Shown piece by piece: positions 1 to 9,672 of a stretch of 64,000 nucleotides of DNA; within the stretch, counting starts at the first letter, position 1, and each line of letters begins with the position of its first letter. Origin of the DNA: a virus (lineage: Duplodnaviria > Heunggongvirae > Uroviricota > Caudoviricetes). The DNA lies in the IMG/VR virus record IMGVR_UViG_3300032167_007519; one strand, written 5' to 3'. The notes under the pieces are model-generated. The model was not told the DNA's origin, made no database searches, and saw only the letters and a list, made by a program, of their open reading frames with translations. The translations under genes were made by a program, and so were the position numbers.

Positions 1-794
1 ATGGTGTCGGTTAAGGCAATTCCGTTCTTAGTACCATATTCTTTAATCCAAGCCTTCATAGCATAGTGGTTAGAATAAGCTGGATTGTGCTTTGGATTTC
101 CCTGACCTACGCACATAATCCATTCGTGTGCCATGGTGCCAACAGGGGTTAATCCAAATTTCTTAGCAAGATACACATTACTCGTTCCAATAAAAGTGGA
201 GCAAGCATACTGAGTTTCAGCTAAAGCCTTAACAACCATCTCCTGTGCTTCAGCAGACAACCTTCTACGCAAACCAAATTCACTGAAATTGGAAAGGCAA
301 TACTTACCACCTCGGCCAACCCAAGATAACTTTTCATCAAGTTTTTCCTTAGCACTATGTAACAACATAGTATAATCATGAGCCATACGGAAGTATACCT
401 CATTTACGATTGCTAACACTGGGACTTCATACATAGAAGTATTAAGCCATGTACCATAAGTCTCAATGCTAAGTCCCTTATCTCCTTCATTTGTAATAGT
501 GAAGTCTTCATAACGAGGATGCCATAATCTTAAAAAGTTTATATAAGAACGCTTCATCCACTTGAATCTCGCAAGGAACTCCAATTCATCTTCCTTGAAT
601 CTGAGCTCACAGTAAGCCTTAATCTGTTCTTTAATTTCCTCCACCATTTCGGCAGTAAAAAAGACATTTTCATTCCGGCATTTGAAGGTCCAACCAGTTT
701 CATATGTAGGAAACTGATGATAAATTGCCTGCCCCATACTAAATTTATAGAGGTCATTTTCTAATAAACTTGTGATAATTGGATGTAATTTCAT
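1..794 (-). CDS. pncB: Nicotinate phosphoribosyltransferase. The C-terminus is cut off by the window start; ATG at 792-794 gives MKLHPIITSLLENDLYKF...
   Basis: Hand translation of the minus strand aligns along its length with E. coli PncB, e.g. [20 protein letters not shown] vs SLLENDLYKFSMGQAIYHQF and [23 protein letters not shown] vs GTSNVYLAKKFGLTPVGTMAHEW. The ORF track shows only short alternative frames here. Confidence 0.85.
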   Translation of the reverse strand, partial: MKLHPIITSLLENDLYKFSMGQAIYHQFPTYETGWTFKCRNENVFFTAEMVEEIKEQIKAYCELRFKEDELEFLARFKWMKRSYINFLRLWHPRYEDFTITNEGDKGLSIETYGTWLNTSMYEVPVLAIVNEVYFRMAHDYTMLLHSAKEKLDEKLSWVGRGGKYCLSNFSEFGLRRRLSAEAQEMVVKALAETQYACSTFIGTSNVYLAKKFGLTPVGTMAHEWIMCVGQGNPKHNPAYSNHYAMKAWIKEYGTKNGIALTDT

Positions 795-836
795 AAGAAC
801 TCTCCTTTATAATTCATTTGTAAAATTTTGCTGTGT

Positions 837-1727
837 TTAAAAGATAAGAGAAGCTTTTGTATCCCATTTGCTATATAAATGACCATCCGGTCTTAAAATA
901 AGATATTTAACTTCTTCTTTATGTGCTTCCTGTGCCATGGAATCTTCATCAATCACTGTAGAAAAGCCTTCGAAATCGTATCTACAAGCACCATATTCTA
1001 AAGTATCTAAATATTTACCATGTTCTTTTACCTGTAATTTAAAATACTGGATAAAATCATGAGTCAGATTGGTAACATTATTTGCAATCCATTCTGCCTG
1101 AGGTGTACCATCTTCGGAAGTCCATAAAGCTCTGCAAGTAAGCTGGTCAGCGCCAAGTTTTCTACAAATGCCTATAATATCTGCTAAGGCATGTTCTTTA
1201 TCACGAAGAGTACAAACCATATGGTCATTCATATTGAGACAAATCCGAAGATTCATATTTCTTTTTTTAATATTCTGGCATAGTGGTAATAAGTATAAAT
1301 TGTAGTCCGGAGTCTTAATAAGGTCTTGGTTAGTTTTTGGATTGTCTAGACTGGCAACCGAAATAGCAATTGTAGTAACACCAATCGCTTTTAAGAAATC
1401 TAACATGTCTTCATCAATAAAAGCTCCAGATGTTTGGATTTCAATATTGAGAAATGGGTCCTGTAAAGACTGATTAACAACTCCTAATGTTCTTAAAAAT
1501 GCCTTATTTTGCTGAGGTTCATTATTTCCGGTAAGCATTAAAGTATTACAACCATTATCTCTGGCATACTGGAGTCTTTTCTTCATGTCTTTAATATAAC
1601 TCATAGTTGTAGAAAGCGGTGTAAATCTATCTTTATAATCTCCACCATGCATTTTGCTACAACAAAATTCACAATCATTGATACAACGACTTGCCGGAAC
1701 ACATATGCTTAAACTCTGGATATTCAT
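837..1727 (-). CDS. Radical SAM enzyme
   Basis: CINDCEFC is a CxxxCxxC cluster motif near the N-terminus and TLMLTGNNEP is GGEP-like. A promoter motif lies at 1777-1800 and RBS AGGAGG precedes the start. Confidence 0.7.
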   Translation of the reverse strand: MNIQSLSICVPASRCINDCEFCCSKMHGGDYKDRFTPLSTTMSYIKDMKKRLQYARDNGCNTLMLTGNNEPQQNKAFLRTLGVVNQSLQDPFLNIEIQTSGAFIDEDMLDFLKAIGVTTIAISVASLDNPKTNQDLIKTPDYNLYLLPLCQNIKKRNMNLRICLNMNDHMVCTLRDKEHALADIIGICRKLGADQLTCRALWTSEDGTPQAEWIANNVTNLTHDFIQYFKLQVKEHGKYLDTLEYGACRYDFEGFSTVIDEDSMAQEAHKEEVKYLILRPDGHLYSKWDTKASLIF

Positions 1728-1776
1728 ATGAGGGAGCCTCCTTTAGAAAATTATAATTATTTATAGTTGTTTACAC

Positions 1777-1800
1777 TTATTAGCTACTTTTTGGTTTAAG
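1777..1800 (-). promoter_or_regulatory. Conserved intergenic motif copy 1 (promoter-like), upstream of radical SAM gene
   Basis: ttattagctactttttggtttaag + atgtcgg, 50 nt upstream of the ATG. Confidence 0.6.
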
Positions 1801-1813
1801 ATGTCGGAGAGTT

Positions 1814-1842
1814 TAGAAAAAGTCTCTGTTAAAACAGAGACT
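1814..1842 (-). terminator. Intrinsic terminator (minus strand) after gene 1882..3072
   Basis: Hairpin AGTCTCTGTT-AA-AACAGAGACT followed on the minus strand by UUUUUC. Confidence 0.6.
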
Positions 1843-1881
1843 AATTCTAAAAAAATATATTTAGGGTTTAAATTAGATAGA

Positions 1882-3072
1882 TTACCAAAGATTTGCATAC
1901 GGAGTAACAGCTCTGATAGAATCTCTTACTTCTTCATCATATGGTAAAATAGTTCTAATATCATAGAAATCTTTACGTTTGGAAATAACCATGACTAATT
2001 CTGGAGTCTGATTGATATCTACATTGACATGTAGTGGCAGAACCCAATGTAATTCATCTTCTTTTGCTTTATAAATTGCTTTTGCATAAGAACCACCACA
2101 ACGATGAATACTAAGACCTGTATCTAATTCCTGAGAAATCTTTCTGGCTAATTCGAAATCAGAAATTTCTGCAATATTTTCCGGAAATCTTTCTCTTCTG
2201 GAATCAACACAATGACTTAAACTCTGATAGCTTGCATCATACAATTTTGGATTTGTGGAGAATGATGCAAAACGGTTATCTAATAAAGAAATTGGTTTCA
2301 ATTCTTTTGCTGCATCTTCCATAGTAAAACCATGTTCTGTGTAAGTTGTTTTACTTAAAATGATTTTGAACGGATAATAACAGTTATCTGTAACATGATA
2401 ACGATACATAACATGGAGATATCCGCCAAATCGATTTAATAAACCAATGTTAATTACTACCGATTTAATATTATTGACAACATAGTAATCTGTCATCTTG
2501 TTGTTGACATAGTACTTAATTTGATTGCTTAAGATTAACAAATATCTACGAAGACCGTTTGGAGATTCCCAATTATTTAATAATAACAACTCTTTTAACT
2601 GTTCGGCTATATCTCCAGCATCACGAACTTGTACAGATTCGTTCGAAGTATTTTCACTTACTGGCAACTCATCTAAACAGTTATCTTTATATTTTCTTAA
2701 AAAATTAAAACCATTTAACTGGAATTCTTCCTTATTTGCTTCGAAATCCGAGTTTCTTAAGATAAGATAACTGCCTTCTGCGACAAAATGACCTTCAAAT
2801 ACGCCAAAATGTTTCATCAAACATAAGAAAACAGGCTTTCCGTTGCTATTATTACACTTTAAATCAATCCACGCATATTTTGCGTCTTTTTTAGTTACTC
2901 GTTTGCACTTATTATCAAAATAATAAATATCTGTTTCGTTATTTTTTATTTTTTCTGCTAATTGAGCAAGGTCACACTCCATTCCAGTAAACTGGGAATA
3001 AAATTTTTCAAACTGTTCGACTCCGGTTAGTAATAAATCATCGCTTAATTGGAAATCAGATTCATATGCCAT
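1882..3072 (-). CDS. Hypothetical protein (396 aa)
   Basis: Long minus-strand ORF with an RBS. Promoter motif upstream at 3189-3212 and a terminator hairpin downstream at 1814-1842. Confidence 0.55.
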   Translation of the reverse strand: MAYESDFQLSDDLLLTGVEQFEKFYSQFTGMECDLAQLAEKIKNNETDIYYFDNKCKRVTKKDAKYAWIDLKCNNSNGKPVFLCLMKHFGVFEGHFVAEGSYLILRNSDFEANKEEFQLNGFNFLRKYKDNCLDELPVSENTSNESVQVRDAGDIAEQLKELLLLNNWESPNGLRRYLLILSNQIKYYVNNKMTDYYVVNNIKSVVINIGLLNRFGGYLHVMYRYHVTDNCYYPFKIILSKTTYTEHGFTMEDAAKELKPISLLDNRFASFSTNPKLYDASYQSLSHCVDSRRERFPENIAEISDFELARKISQELDTGLSIHRCGGSYAKAIYKAKEDELHWVLPLHVNVDINQTPELVMVISKRKDFYDIRTILPYDEEVRDSIRAVTPYANLW

Positions 3073-3188
3073 ATTTTATTTTTCCTTTCTTATCAACAAA
3101 CAACAATTTTTTTGACTTATAAAAAACTATCTTAATCCAATGGAATCCCCTCCTTTTTTTTGTTTAGAACAACAAATATAAGGTACGT

Positions 3189-3212
3189 CTATTAGCTATT
3201 TTTTGGTTTAAG
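3189..3212 (-). promoter_or_regulatory. Motif copy 2
   Basis: ctattagctattttttggtttaag + atggcgg. Confidence 0.6.
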
Positions 3213-3225
3213 ATGGCGGGAATCC

Positions 3226-4275
3226 TTAACGAACGAGGTGTATAGATTTATCAACGGTTTCTTTTTTACGACGAAGCTCTGCTTTTCCAACTTCTCGGAT
3301 TAAAATATATCTCATAATACGGTCATCACAATTTGCAATTTCTTTTAAACAAGGACGAATTGTTTGATATAACATACGCTTCATTTCTCTACAACCAAAT
3401 TCAGATTTGGCTAAAATCGCAAATTGAACACAGGCTTCCTTTGTAGATTTTAAAAGTATATCTTGTTCTTTTCCCAGTTCTTCTAAAGTTTTTAAATACA
3501 ATCCTTGAAAAGCTTTGTCATCAATGACATGAAAGTTATAAAGAGAATCAAAACGACCAACTAGTTCTACAGCTCCTCCAACAGATACGAGGTCTCTCAT
3601 AGACATATCATAAAATTCTAAGGATTGAGATGTTGTAGCAGAAAATCCAAGAGTTTTTTCTGGAGTCATTTTCTGTTTGCGAAAATCGGTAAATGCTCCC
3701 ATACCTATAAATAATGTTTTATTGGTATCTACCATTTTTGCTAAATTTGGCTTTGTGGATGATTGACATTCTTTACCTTCTAAAAGAGAAAGCATTTCGT
3801 GCTGAAGAGCGCTATGAAAATTCTCATTGCCACTACTGGATAATGGCAATAAAATCTTGTCAAATTCATCAAGAAAAACAATTGCATAGCCAAGAGAACC
3901 TTGTGCAGCAATACGCTCTGGAATAGAAGATAGTCCAGTTCCTACAAACCCAGCAGGTGAAAATCCGGAAATATCAACATGTAATACAGGAATTGGACAA
4001 TTATATTGTTTTAATATTTTTTTTACAGTACGATATAATTCTGTTTTTCCGGAAGCCGATGGTCCAGAAATCATAATGTTGTGTTTAATACATTTTCCAG
4101 AAAAACTTCCAGAAATATATTGATAAATATCATAAGCAATATCAGAGATTGCTTCATCTTGTCCATAAACAGAATTTTGAATATCCCAAACAAATTGTTC
4201 ATAAGAAATTGGGAAATCATAAGGTTCATTTTCATCAAAAAGGTCGTCATTAAAAAAGTCATGGATATATGTCAT
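3226..4275 (-). CDS. ClpX/HslU-like AAA+ ATPase (unfoldase-like). No N-terminal zinc-binding domain seen.
   Basis: VYGQDEAISDIAYDIY resembles the ClpX VIGQEQAKK..AVYNHY region. Walker A is ISGPSASGKTEL and Walker B is IVFLDEFDKI. SGFSPAGFVGTGLSSI resembles ClpX TEAGYVGEDVENI. Confidence 0.7.
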   Translation of the reverse strand: MTYIHDFFNDDLFDENEPYDFPISYEQFVWDIQNSVYGQDEAISDIAYDIYQYISGSFSGKCIKHNIMISGPSASGKTELYRTVKKILKQYNCPIPVLHVDISGFSPAGFVGTGLSSIPERIAAQGSLGYAIVFLDEFDKILLPLSSSGNENFHSALQHEMLSLLEGKECQSSTKPNLAKMVDTNKTLFIGMGAFTDFRKQKMTPEKTLGFSATTSQSLEFYDMSMRDLVSVGGAVELVGRFDSLYNFHVIDDKAFQGLYLKTLEELGKEQDILLKSTKEACVQFAILAKSEFGCREMKRMLYQTIRPCLKEIANCDDRIMRYILIREVGKAELRRKKETVDKSIHLVR

Positions 4276-4347
4276 ACTACTACCTCCTGAAATGATTCAG
4301 ACAGGATTTGTTATAACATAAATATATAATTTTTCTAAATTGTAGCC

Positions 4348-4530
4348 TTATGTTATAACAACATCTTCGTCGTCAAAAAACATAGTATCAGTGTCGTCAC
4401 TTGGATAATATTTTTCTTCTCCTACATGACAACATTCCAGAGTTCCATCTTTTTCAATATTTACAACAGAAACTTTTACAAAAATAATATCTCCAACCTT
4501 AATATTCGCTGTGTTCTGCATGGGAACCAA
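4348..4530 (-). CDS. Hypothetical small protein (60 aa)
   Basis: ORF with RBS GGAGG and promoter motif 4607-4631 upstream. Confidence 0.4.
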   Translation of the reverse strand: MVPMQNTANIKVGDIIFVKVSVVNIEKDGTLECCHVGEEKYYPSDDTDTMFFDDEDVVIT

Positions 4531-4606
4531 CCTCCTTTTTCGTATGTAACATAGAATTTTTATAAAATTCTTTATAATTATTTATAACTCTTTATAGTTC
4601 TTTCTA

Positions 4607-4631
4607 CTTATTAGCTAATGTTTGGTTTAAG
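4607..4631 (-). promoter_or_regulatory. Motif copy 3
   Basis: cttattagctaatgtttggtttaag + ttgtcgg. Followed in the transcript by TATAAATAATTATAA. Confidence 0.6.
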
Positions 4632-4640
4632 TTGTCGGAA

Positions 4641-4676
4641 ACACACAAGAAAAGAGCCTCGGGAACTCCGGGGCTC
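4641..4676 (-). terminator. Intrinsic terminator (minus strand) after gene 4686..5195
   Basis: GC-rich hairpin GAGCCTCGG-GAAC-TCCGGGGCTC, then UUUUCUUGUGUGUUU on the minus strand. Confidence 0.6.
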
Positions 4677-4685
4677 GTGTACTTC

Positions 4686-5195
4686 TTAATGAAAACTAAA
4701 TAAAAGTGGCTTTTTCTTAAAGCTTGCTAAGACTTTTTCTCTTTCTGATTCTATTGTATTAGGAACAATTGGACCATAATTGTTATGACGTTTTTTCTTA
4801 TCCCAACCACACAAAAATGAAATGTCAGAGTTGTCTTCTTTACTAATTTCTCCAAAAAGATTAGCAGATTTTTCTATGGTAAAATATTTTACTTTGGAAA
4901 ATTTTTTATCAAAAAGAATGTAAAGCCGTCTACATAACGGGCCTTGTTCTGGTTCTGGCAAGTTAATAACTGCAATCAAAACATCTTCATAAGAAAAACG
5001 TTCGATTTTAAAGTCTTCTACCTTATATGGATTTTTCATTCCATTTTCTTCATATAGGGCATCTAATAAATCATAATAATAATTTAGAGTAGGATGAGAT
5101 AAACAAATTATGGTTCTCTTCGGGTTGTCAAAAAGTAATTCAGGGAAAATGCTATGTTCCATAGCGTAACGTATATTATAATTTTTATCTTGCAT
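4686..5195 (-). CDS. Hypothetical protein (169 aa)
   Basis: ORF with RBS. Promoter motif 5234-5258 upstream and a GC hairpin terminator downstream. Confidence 0.5.
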   Translation of the reverse strand: MQDKNYNIRYAMEHSIFPELLFDNPKRTIICLSHPTLNYYYDLLDALYEENGMKNPYKVEDFKIERFSYEDVLIAVINLPEPEQGPLCRRLYILFDKKFSKVKYFTIEKSANLFGEISKEDNSDISFLCGWDKKKRHNNYGPIVPNTIESEREKVLASFKKKPLLFSFH

Positions 5196-5233
5196 ATAAA
5201 TCTCCTTTCAGAAATAAAAAAATGTTAGTAACA

Positions 5234-5258
5234 ATTATTAGCTGTGTTTTGGTTTAAG
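5234..5258 (-). promoter_or_regulatory. Motif copy 4 (variant AGCTGT)
   Basis: attattagctgtgttttggtttaag + aaaacgg. Confidence 0.55.
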
Positions 5259-5271
5259 AAAACGGAGATAT

Positions 5272-5299
5272 TAAAAAAAGAGCTATAGAATTAGCTCTT
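5272..5299 (-). terminator. Intrinsic terminator (bidirectional hairpin) at the end of the long gene block
   Basis: AAGAGCTA-TAGAAT-TAGCTCTT, flanked by an A-run and a T-run. Confidence 0.6.
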
Positions 5300-5304
5300 T
5301 TCTT

Positions 5305-6072
5305 TTAACTCCATGTTTTTAATGTTTTATATTCATCTTCCACATTCATAATCTGAGCCCATCTGGTAGTAATTAGTTTCGCATAATCAGACTGATATAA
5401 ACCATAGCTACCTAAAGCGTAAGCATCATTTTGTTCTAAAAATACAGTTTGTTCTCTTCCACCAATAATGGCTACTGCAAAATCTAAACTACAAGCCATT
5501 GGTCGGTCATGCCATGTACAAAATTCTTCTAGGGCTTTATCAATAATTGCAGGATTATAAGTAAAATGCCAATCGCCTTTATAAGGACGAATATCAATTA
5601 CAGCATCATAACGGACAAAAACTCGCCATTCTCTCTTTATATCTATCACATCAGTACAAAGAATCTCAAAATTTTCGTCCTGATTTCCACAGCCGATTAA
5701 GTCTTTCGGTTCTCTGACAATTCGTCCGGTGAAAGCTTTATGGCTTACGGGTTTTACAAAACAGTTCCAAAGTTCTGGATGCGTATTAAAATGGTCAATG
5801 GTATCTGTCCAAATTTTACGCCCCATAAATGGTCTAAGAACTTCCGGATAATCACAAAGTTCTGGATGTTTCGTGAATTTGTCAAAAATATAATTGCATT
5901 GGTCAATACCATCTAAAACGATATCTTCTTTTTCGACCTTGTCGTAAATCTCATTTACCAGACGATATGGAATAATTTCAGCTCCTAAATCTTTAAATCC
6001 AGTCGCTGCATTAAAAATGTTGACATTATAATATTCCGTTGAATTTTGTTTTGTTCTTGTGTATACTTTCAT
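5305..6072 (-). CDS. Hypothetical protein (255 aa)
   Basis: Last gene of a long polycistronic block. A terminator hairpin at 5272-5299 follows it. Confidence 0.55.
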   Translation of the reverse strand: MKVYTRTKQNSTEYYNVNIFNAATGFKDLGAEIIPYRLVNEIYDKVEKEDIVLDGIDQCNYIFDKFTKHPELCDYPEVLRPFMGRKIWTDTIDHFNTHPELWNCFVKPVSHKAFTGRIVREPKDLIGCGNQDENFEILCTDVIDIKREWRVFVRYDAVIDIRPYKGDWHFTYNPAIIDKALEEFCTWHDRPMACSLDFAVAIIGGREQTVFLEQNDAYALGSYGLYQSDYAKLITTRWAQIMNVEDEYKTLKTWS

Positions 6073-6089
6073 ATCATTTCCTCAAAAAA

Positions 6090-6758
6090 TTATCTTTGTA
6101 TAATTGGTATTTGTGCATTCTTTTCTAAAAGAGCTTCTTCAGCTTCTTCCGGAGTATAAAAGATAGTTTCTCCAAAGTCTTTGATAGGTAATTTTAAACT
6201 ACTATGTTTTGCTTTTAAAAATGTAGAGTTTTCTTCAATTACAATTTCAGAAACTGTAAACGGAATGACTTGGTAAGATTCATCAAAAGTTCCTTTATAT
6301 ACGCAATAAAGAGTGTCTCCTATATGGCAAGGCACAATGTAAGTCATAGGTTTTTTCCGGTCTCTGAGATATTCTAATCGTTCTAAAGCAGATTCGTGTG
6401 TAGAAAATAATTTATCCTTGCTAAAACGAAGAGGGATATCTTCCACACCATCTAAAGCAATCATCCATTCATTACCTTGTTTATAATATCTATCTATTGT
6501 ACATTCACGAATTTGCTCGTTATGCAAACAGTAAACTGTTTCGTGCATATGAAATGGAAATTTTGGAAGAAGTTCTTGTTTTTGCAAATCTCTTAAAAGA
6601 GCAGCTTCTGGTTTTATCGCTTGAAGATGATAAGTATTACTTCTCATATTTTTTGCAAAAGCTCTTAATTGCTGTTCGTTATCAAAATTTGTCTGGAACA
6701 TTGTTTCAGAATCCCAAACTTCATTCCAAATTCGAGTCATTTCTTCTACTGTAAGCAT
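6090..6758 (-). CDS. Hypothetical protein (222 aa)
   Basis: Tiling minus-strand ORF, tightly spaced. Confidence 0.5.
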   Translation of the reverse strand: MLTVEEMTRIWNEVWDSETMFQTNFDNEQQLRAFAKNMRSNTYHLQAIKPEAALLRDLQKQELLPKFPFHMHETVYCLHNEQIRECTIDRYYKQGNEWMIALDGVEDIPLRFSKDKLFSTHESALERLEYLRDRKKPMTYIVPCHIGDTLYCVYKGTFDESYQVIPFTVSEIVIEENSTFLKAKHSSLKLPIKDFGETIFYTPEEAEEALLEKNAQIPIIQR

Positions 6759-7561
6759 AGTTTATCCTCCTGTTTTTCGGTTGAAAATTCTTCTATAAAA
6801 TCGTCAGAACCTTGCCATGCAACATAGCGGTCATATAAGGTATCGTCAGAGAATAAAAGTTCTTTTATTTTTTCTTCACAAGCTTCACTCTCTTCTGATT
6901 TTATCTTAGAAGCACTGATAAAGTCTCCTAAGGTAATACAATCTTCAAAAGAAGAGGTATCAACAAACCAACATTGATTTTCTGAATCTAAAGCATCTAA
7001 TTCGGCTTTAATACGAGACTCTTCAGTTTCCATAAGTTGATGAATTTCTTCAATTTTTTTGTTACGAAAATTGCGTTCTTCGGAATCTTTATCAAGCAAA
7101 GCGATGCCATTGAAATATTTCATTTGCTCTTTAAATAATTCATTCCAATGAGACCGAACAGATTCTCTTTTTTCGAAATATGCTAATTGTGCCGAAATAA
7201 AATCTAAAACATCTTGATTGCTATGGATATTTAATAACTCTCCATAATATCCTACAACAACCGGATAATTTGACCAATCTAAAGATTTTATCAATTTATC
7301 TTTTATAGTTTTCTTTACTTTACCATCTTCAATAATATGAAGATAGTATTGATAATCGGCATATTTACTTTCCGGGAAACGATTATAATCTAAAATGATA
7401 AAATTTTTACCATAGTTATAATGAGGTTTTCGAAAAGGAACTTCAGAGCCTTTTTCATAATATTTTAAATCTCCTCCATGATAAGTAATTTCTCCATGAT
7501 ATAGAGAAACCCATGGGAAGCATTTTACCTGCTCCCCATTGATGGTATCATACATTCCCAT
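6746..7561 (-). CDS. Hypothetical protein (271 aa)
   Basis: Tiling ORF that overlaps its neighbour by a few codons. Confidence 0.5.
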   Translation of the reverse strand: MGMYDTINGEQVKCFPWVSLYHGEITYHGGDLKYYEKGSEVPFRKPHYNYGKNFIILDYNRFPESKYADYQYYLHIIEDGKVKKTIKDKLIKSLDWSNYPVVVGYYGELLNIHSNQDVLDFISAQLAYFEKRESVRSHWNELFKEQMKYFNGIALLDKDSEERNFRNKKIEEIHQLMETEESRIKAELDALDSENQCWFVDTSSFEDCITLGDFISASKIKSEESEACEEKIKELLFSDDTLYDRYVAWQGSDDFIEEFSTEKQEDKLCLQ

Positions 7562-7586
7562 AAATGAATTCCTTTCTTAAAATGAT

Positions 7587-8063
7587 TTAGCGGTAAAAAT
7601 TAGGGCTTTGTTTGAATTTTTCTTCTATAGATTCTTCTGCTTTTTCTTCAGAAAAAAATATAGACTCTCCAATTTGAGCTATAGAATATTTGACCTTGTT
7701 GTCATCTACTAAATAAATTTGGCCATTTTCTTTCGTAATTTTGCTAATTGTAATTGGCATTATAGTCGGAATTATTCCAGAACCAAAAGGTTTATATCCA
7801 TATAATTTAGTTCCAATTTTACAAGGGAGTTTACATTCTTTTGTTAATTGTTTAAAGGCTTCATATTGCGAATCAAATAATTCTTTTCCAAAAGCATCTC
7901 CACGAAAGAGTTTTTGCTGAACGTTATCAATATAGGCAACTCCATTTTTGTCGATTATGATTTTATGGATTGTAACGGGTTCTATTTCTTTATCTCCGTT
8001 TCTATGAGTGATTACTTGATATAATGTGTCTTCGGGATTAAACGGGAAATGATAAGTCATCAT
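7587..8063 (-). CDS. Hypothetical protein (158 aa)
   Basis: Tiling ORF. Confidence 0.5.
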   Translation of the reverse strand: MMTYHFPFNPEDTLYQVITHRNGDKEIEPVTIHKIIIDKNGVAYIDNVQQKLFRGDAFGKELFDSQYEAFKQLTKECKLPCKIGTKLYGYKPFGSGIIPTIMPITISKITKENGQIYLVDDNKVKYSIAQIGESIFFSEEKAEESIEEKFKQSPNFYR

Positions 8064-8136
8064 AATAAAAAATCCTCCATTGATATAACGGACGCCTTTT
8101 TCCTGCTTTGCAGGAACTAATCTCCGTTATCTAGAA

Positions 8137-8547
8137 TTACATTGTCATTGTTTTCTTTTGAAACTCATATTCGGAACACTCTAAACCATGTTCTCGTATC
8201 CAATCAGCAACTAATTGTCTATGACAAAAATCTGTGGGTTTTTCGTAACAAATAAGAGCAATGTCTTTTCCGCCAGAAAGGTTCATTAACTCTTCTATTG
8301 TTTGATTAAAATCTAAAACACCTAAAACCTGTTCCTGAAAACATTTGTCATAGTGCTCTGCATCGCCATCTTCTTTATATTTTGCAAAAAAGCTATATTT
8401 TGGAGCTAGTTTTTTATATTGGATACCCGTATACCAAGCCGGAGCTTTGCCACAAATAGAAATAGGGACAATATCTTCCGGTAAGTCTTTTAATTTTGCA
8501 AAATAACTTGTATAAAATGACACGTTTTTTGTAGAATCTTTTATCAT
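8137..8547 (-). CDS. Hypothetical protein (136 aa). It has an FCHR motif; a DUF488-like assignment is possible but uncertain.
   Basis: ORF. The motif is ICYEKPTDFCHRQLVADWI. Confidence 0.45.
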   Translation of the reverse strand: MIKDSTKNVSFYTSYFAKLKDLPEDIVPISICGKAPAWYTGIQYKKLAPKYSFFAKYKEDGDAEHYDKCFQEQVLGVLDFNQTIEELMNLSGGKDIALICYEKPTDFCHRQLVADWIREHGLECSEYEFQKKTMTM

Positions 8548-8564
8548 GATTCAAGTCCTTTCTG

Positions 8565-9350
8565 TTACCTCATAATAAGTGGATTTCCACTATATTCTAT
8601 AGATTCTTGTTCTGAAATATATGCTATAGCATCTTGTTCCTCAATAAAGACTTTACCATCTTTTATCTTTTGAATATCTTCCAGTTTCAAATAATGATGG
8701 TCGATTTCCCAAGCTCCGTCTCCACAGAACTTATAAGGTTCATGAACCATGGTTCCAATTGGACACGGCAAAACAGGACTTAAATCTCCTGTTAATTCTG
8801 CTTGTTTATATCGGTCAAATTCTAAAGCAACCGGAATTACTTCATAAGGAGAAATATAATACATTCCCGGTTTATAGTCGGCATAAGTAACTGTTTTTTG
8901 CTGAAAATACACCTTACAATCTGAATTATCTTTTGCTGTATACCAATGATACTTTACATGAAGGCTATATTTTTCGTCGTTGATACGAAATTCCTGACCT
9001 TCTTTTACCTTAAGGTTATTAGTTACCATATGTTCTGGAGAAATTTCAATAAATGCACCATAATCACCAATAACAATACGTTCAATGTCAGTACAAAGTA
9101 AGGTCCCATCTAAAGAAATCAATGGATACTGTTTTTGTTTAGAAGCAGTTTTGCACCATTCCGGGAGTTCTGCTCTGTATTTTTCTATAAAACTGTCATC
9201 ATGAATTAGCTTTGGATTTTCTGGACTAATGAGATTATTTGAATTATATTGAGGATTCTTTTTTAATATTAGTTTATAGCCGTGCTTGGTTGCTAAATCA
9301 GCTTGGAATTGTAACATTTCTTTTCCTTTTTCGGATATTGGATATTTCAT
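8565..9350 (-). CDS. Hypothetical protein (261 aa)
   Basis: Tiling ORF. Confidence 0.5.
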   Translation of the reverse strand: MKYPISEKGKEMLQFQADLATKHGYKLILKKNPQYNSNNLISPENPKLIHDDSFIEKYRAELPEWCKTASKQKQYPLISLDGTLLCTDIERIVIGDYGAFIEISPEHMVTNNLKVKEGQEFRINDEKYSLHVKYHWYTAKDNSDCKVYFQQKTVTYADYKPGMYYISPYEVIPVALEFDRYKQAELTGDLSPVLPCPIGTMVHEPYKFCGDGAWEIDHHYLKLEDIQKIKDGKVFIEEQDAIAYISEQESIEYSGNPLIMR

Positions 9351-9362
9351 AAAATAATCTCC

Positions 9363-9668
9363 TTATCTTGAAAATGCGTGTGTACTTTCTGCAATATATT
9401 CGATAAATTCTTCTTCACATTCTTTAAAGATTTCTTTTCCTGAAATCACAGAATAAACAGCAAGAGAATATAAATATTTAGCATGGTCGTTACAGCCCCA
9501 GTCAAAGGTCGATTCGAGCATTTTTGAATATTTTTCCAACTTCTCCTGCTTTTCTAAGGCATCAACTGCCATAGCATAGGCAATATCAACACTTGGAGTA
9601 TTATTCTGTTTCCGTTCACATTCCAGTTTATTGATTGCACTTTGGCTTGTCATATCATGCTCATGCAT
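9363..9668 (-). CDS. Hypothetical protein (101 aa)
   Basis: Tiling ORF ending in an FSR tail. Confidence 0.5.
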   Translation of the reverse strand: MHEHDMTSQSAINKLECERKQNNTPSVDIAYAMAVDALEKQEKLEKYSKMLESTFDWGCNDHAKYLYSLAVYSVISGKEIFKECEEEFIEYIAESTHAFSR

Positions 9669-9672
9669 AACT

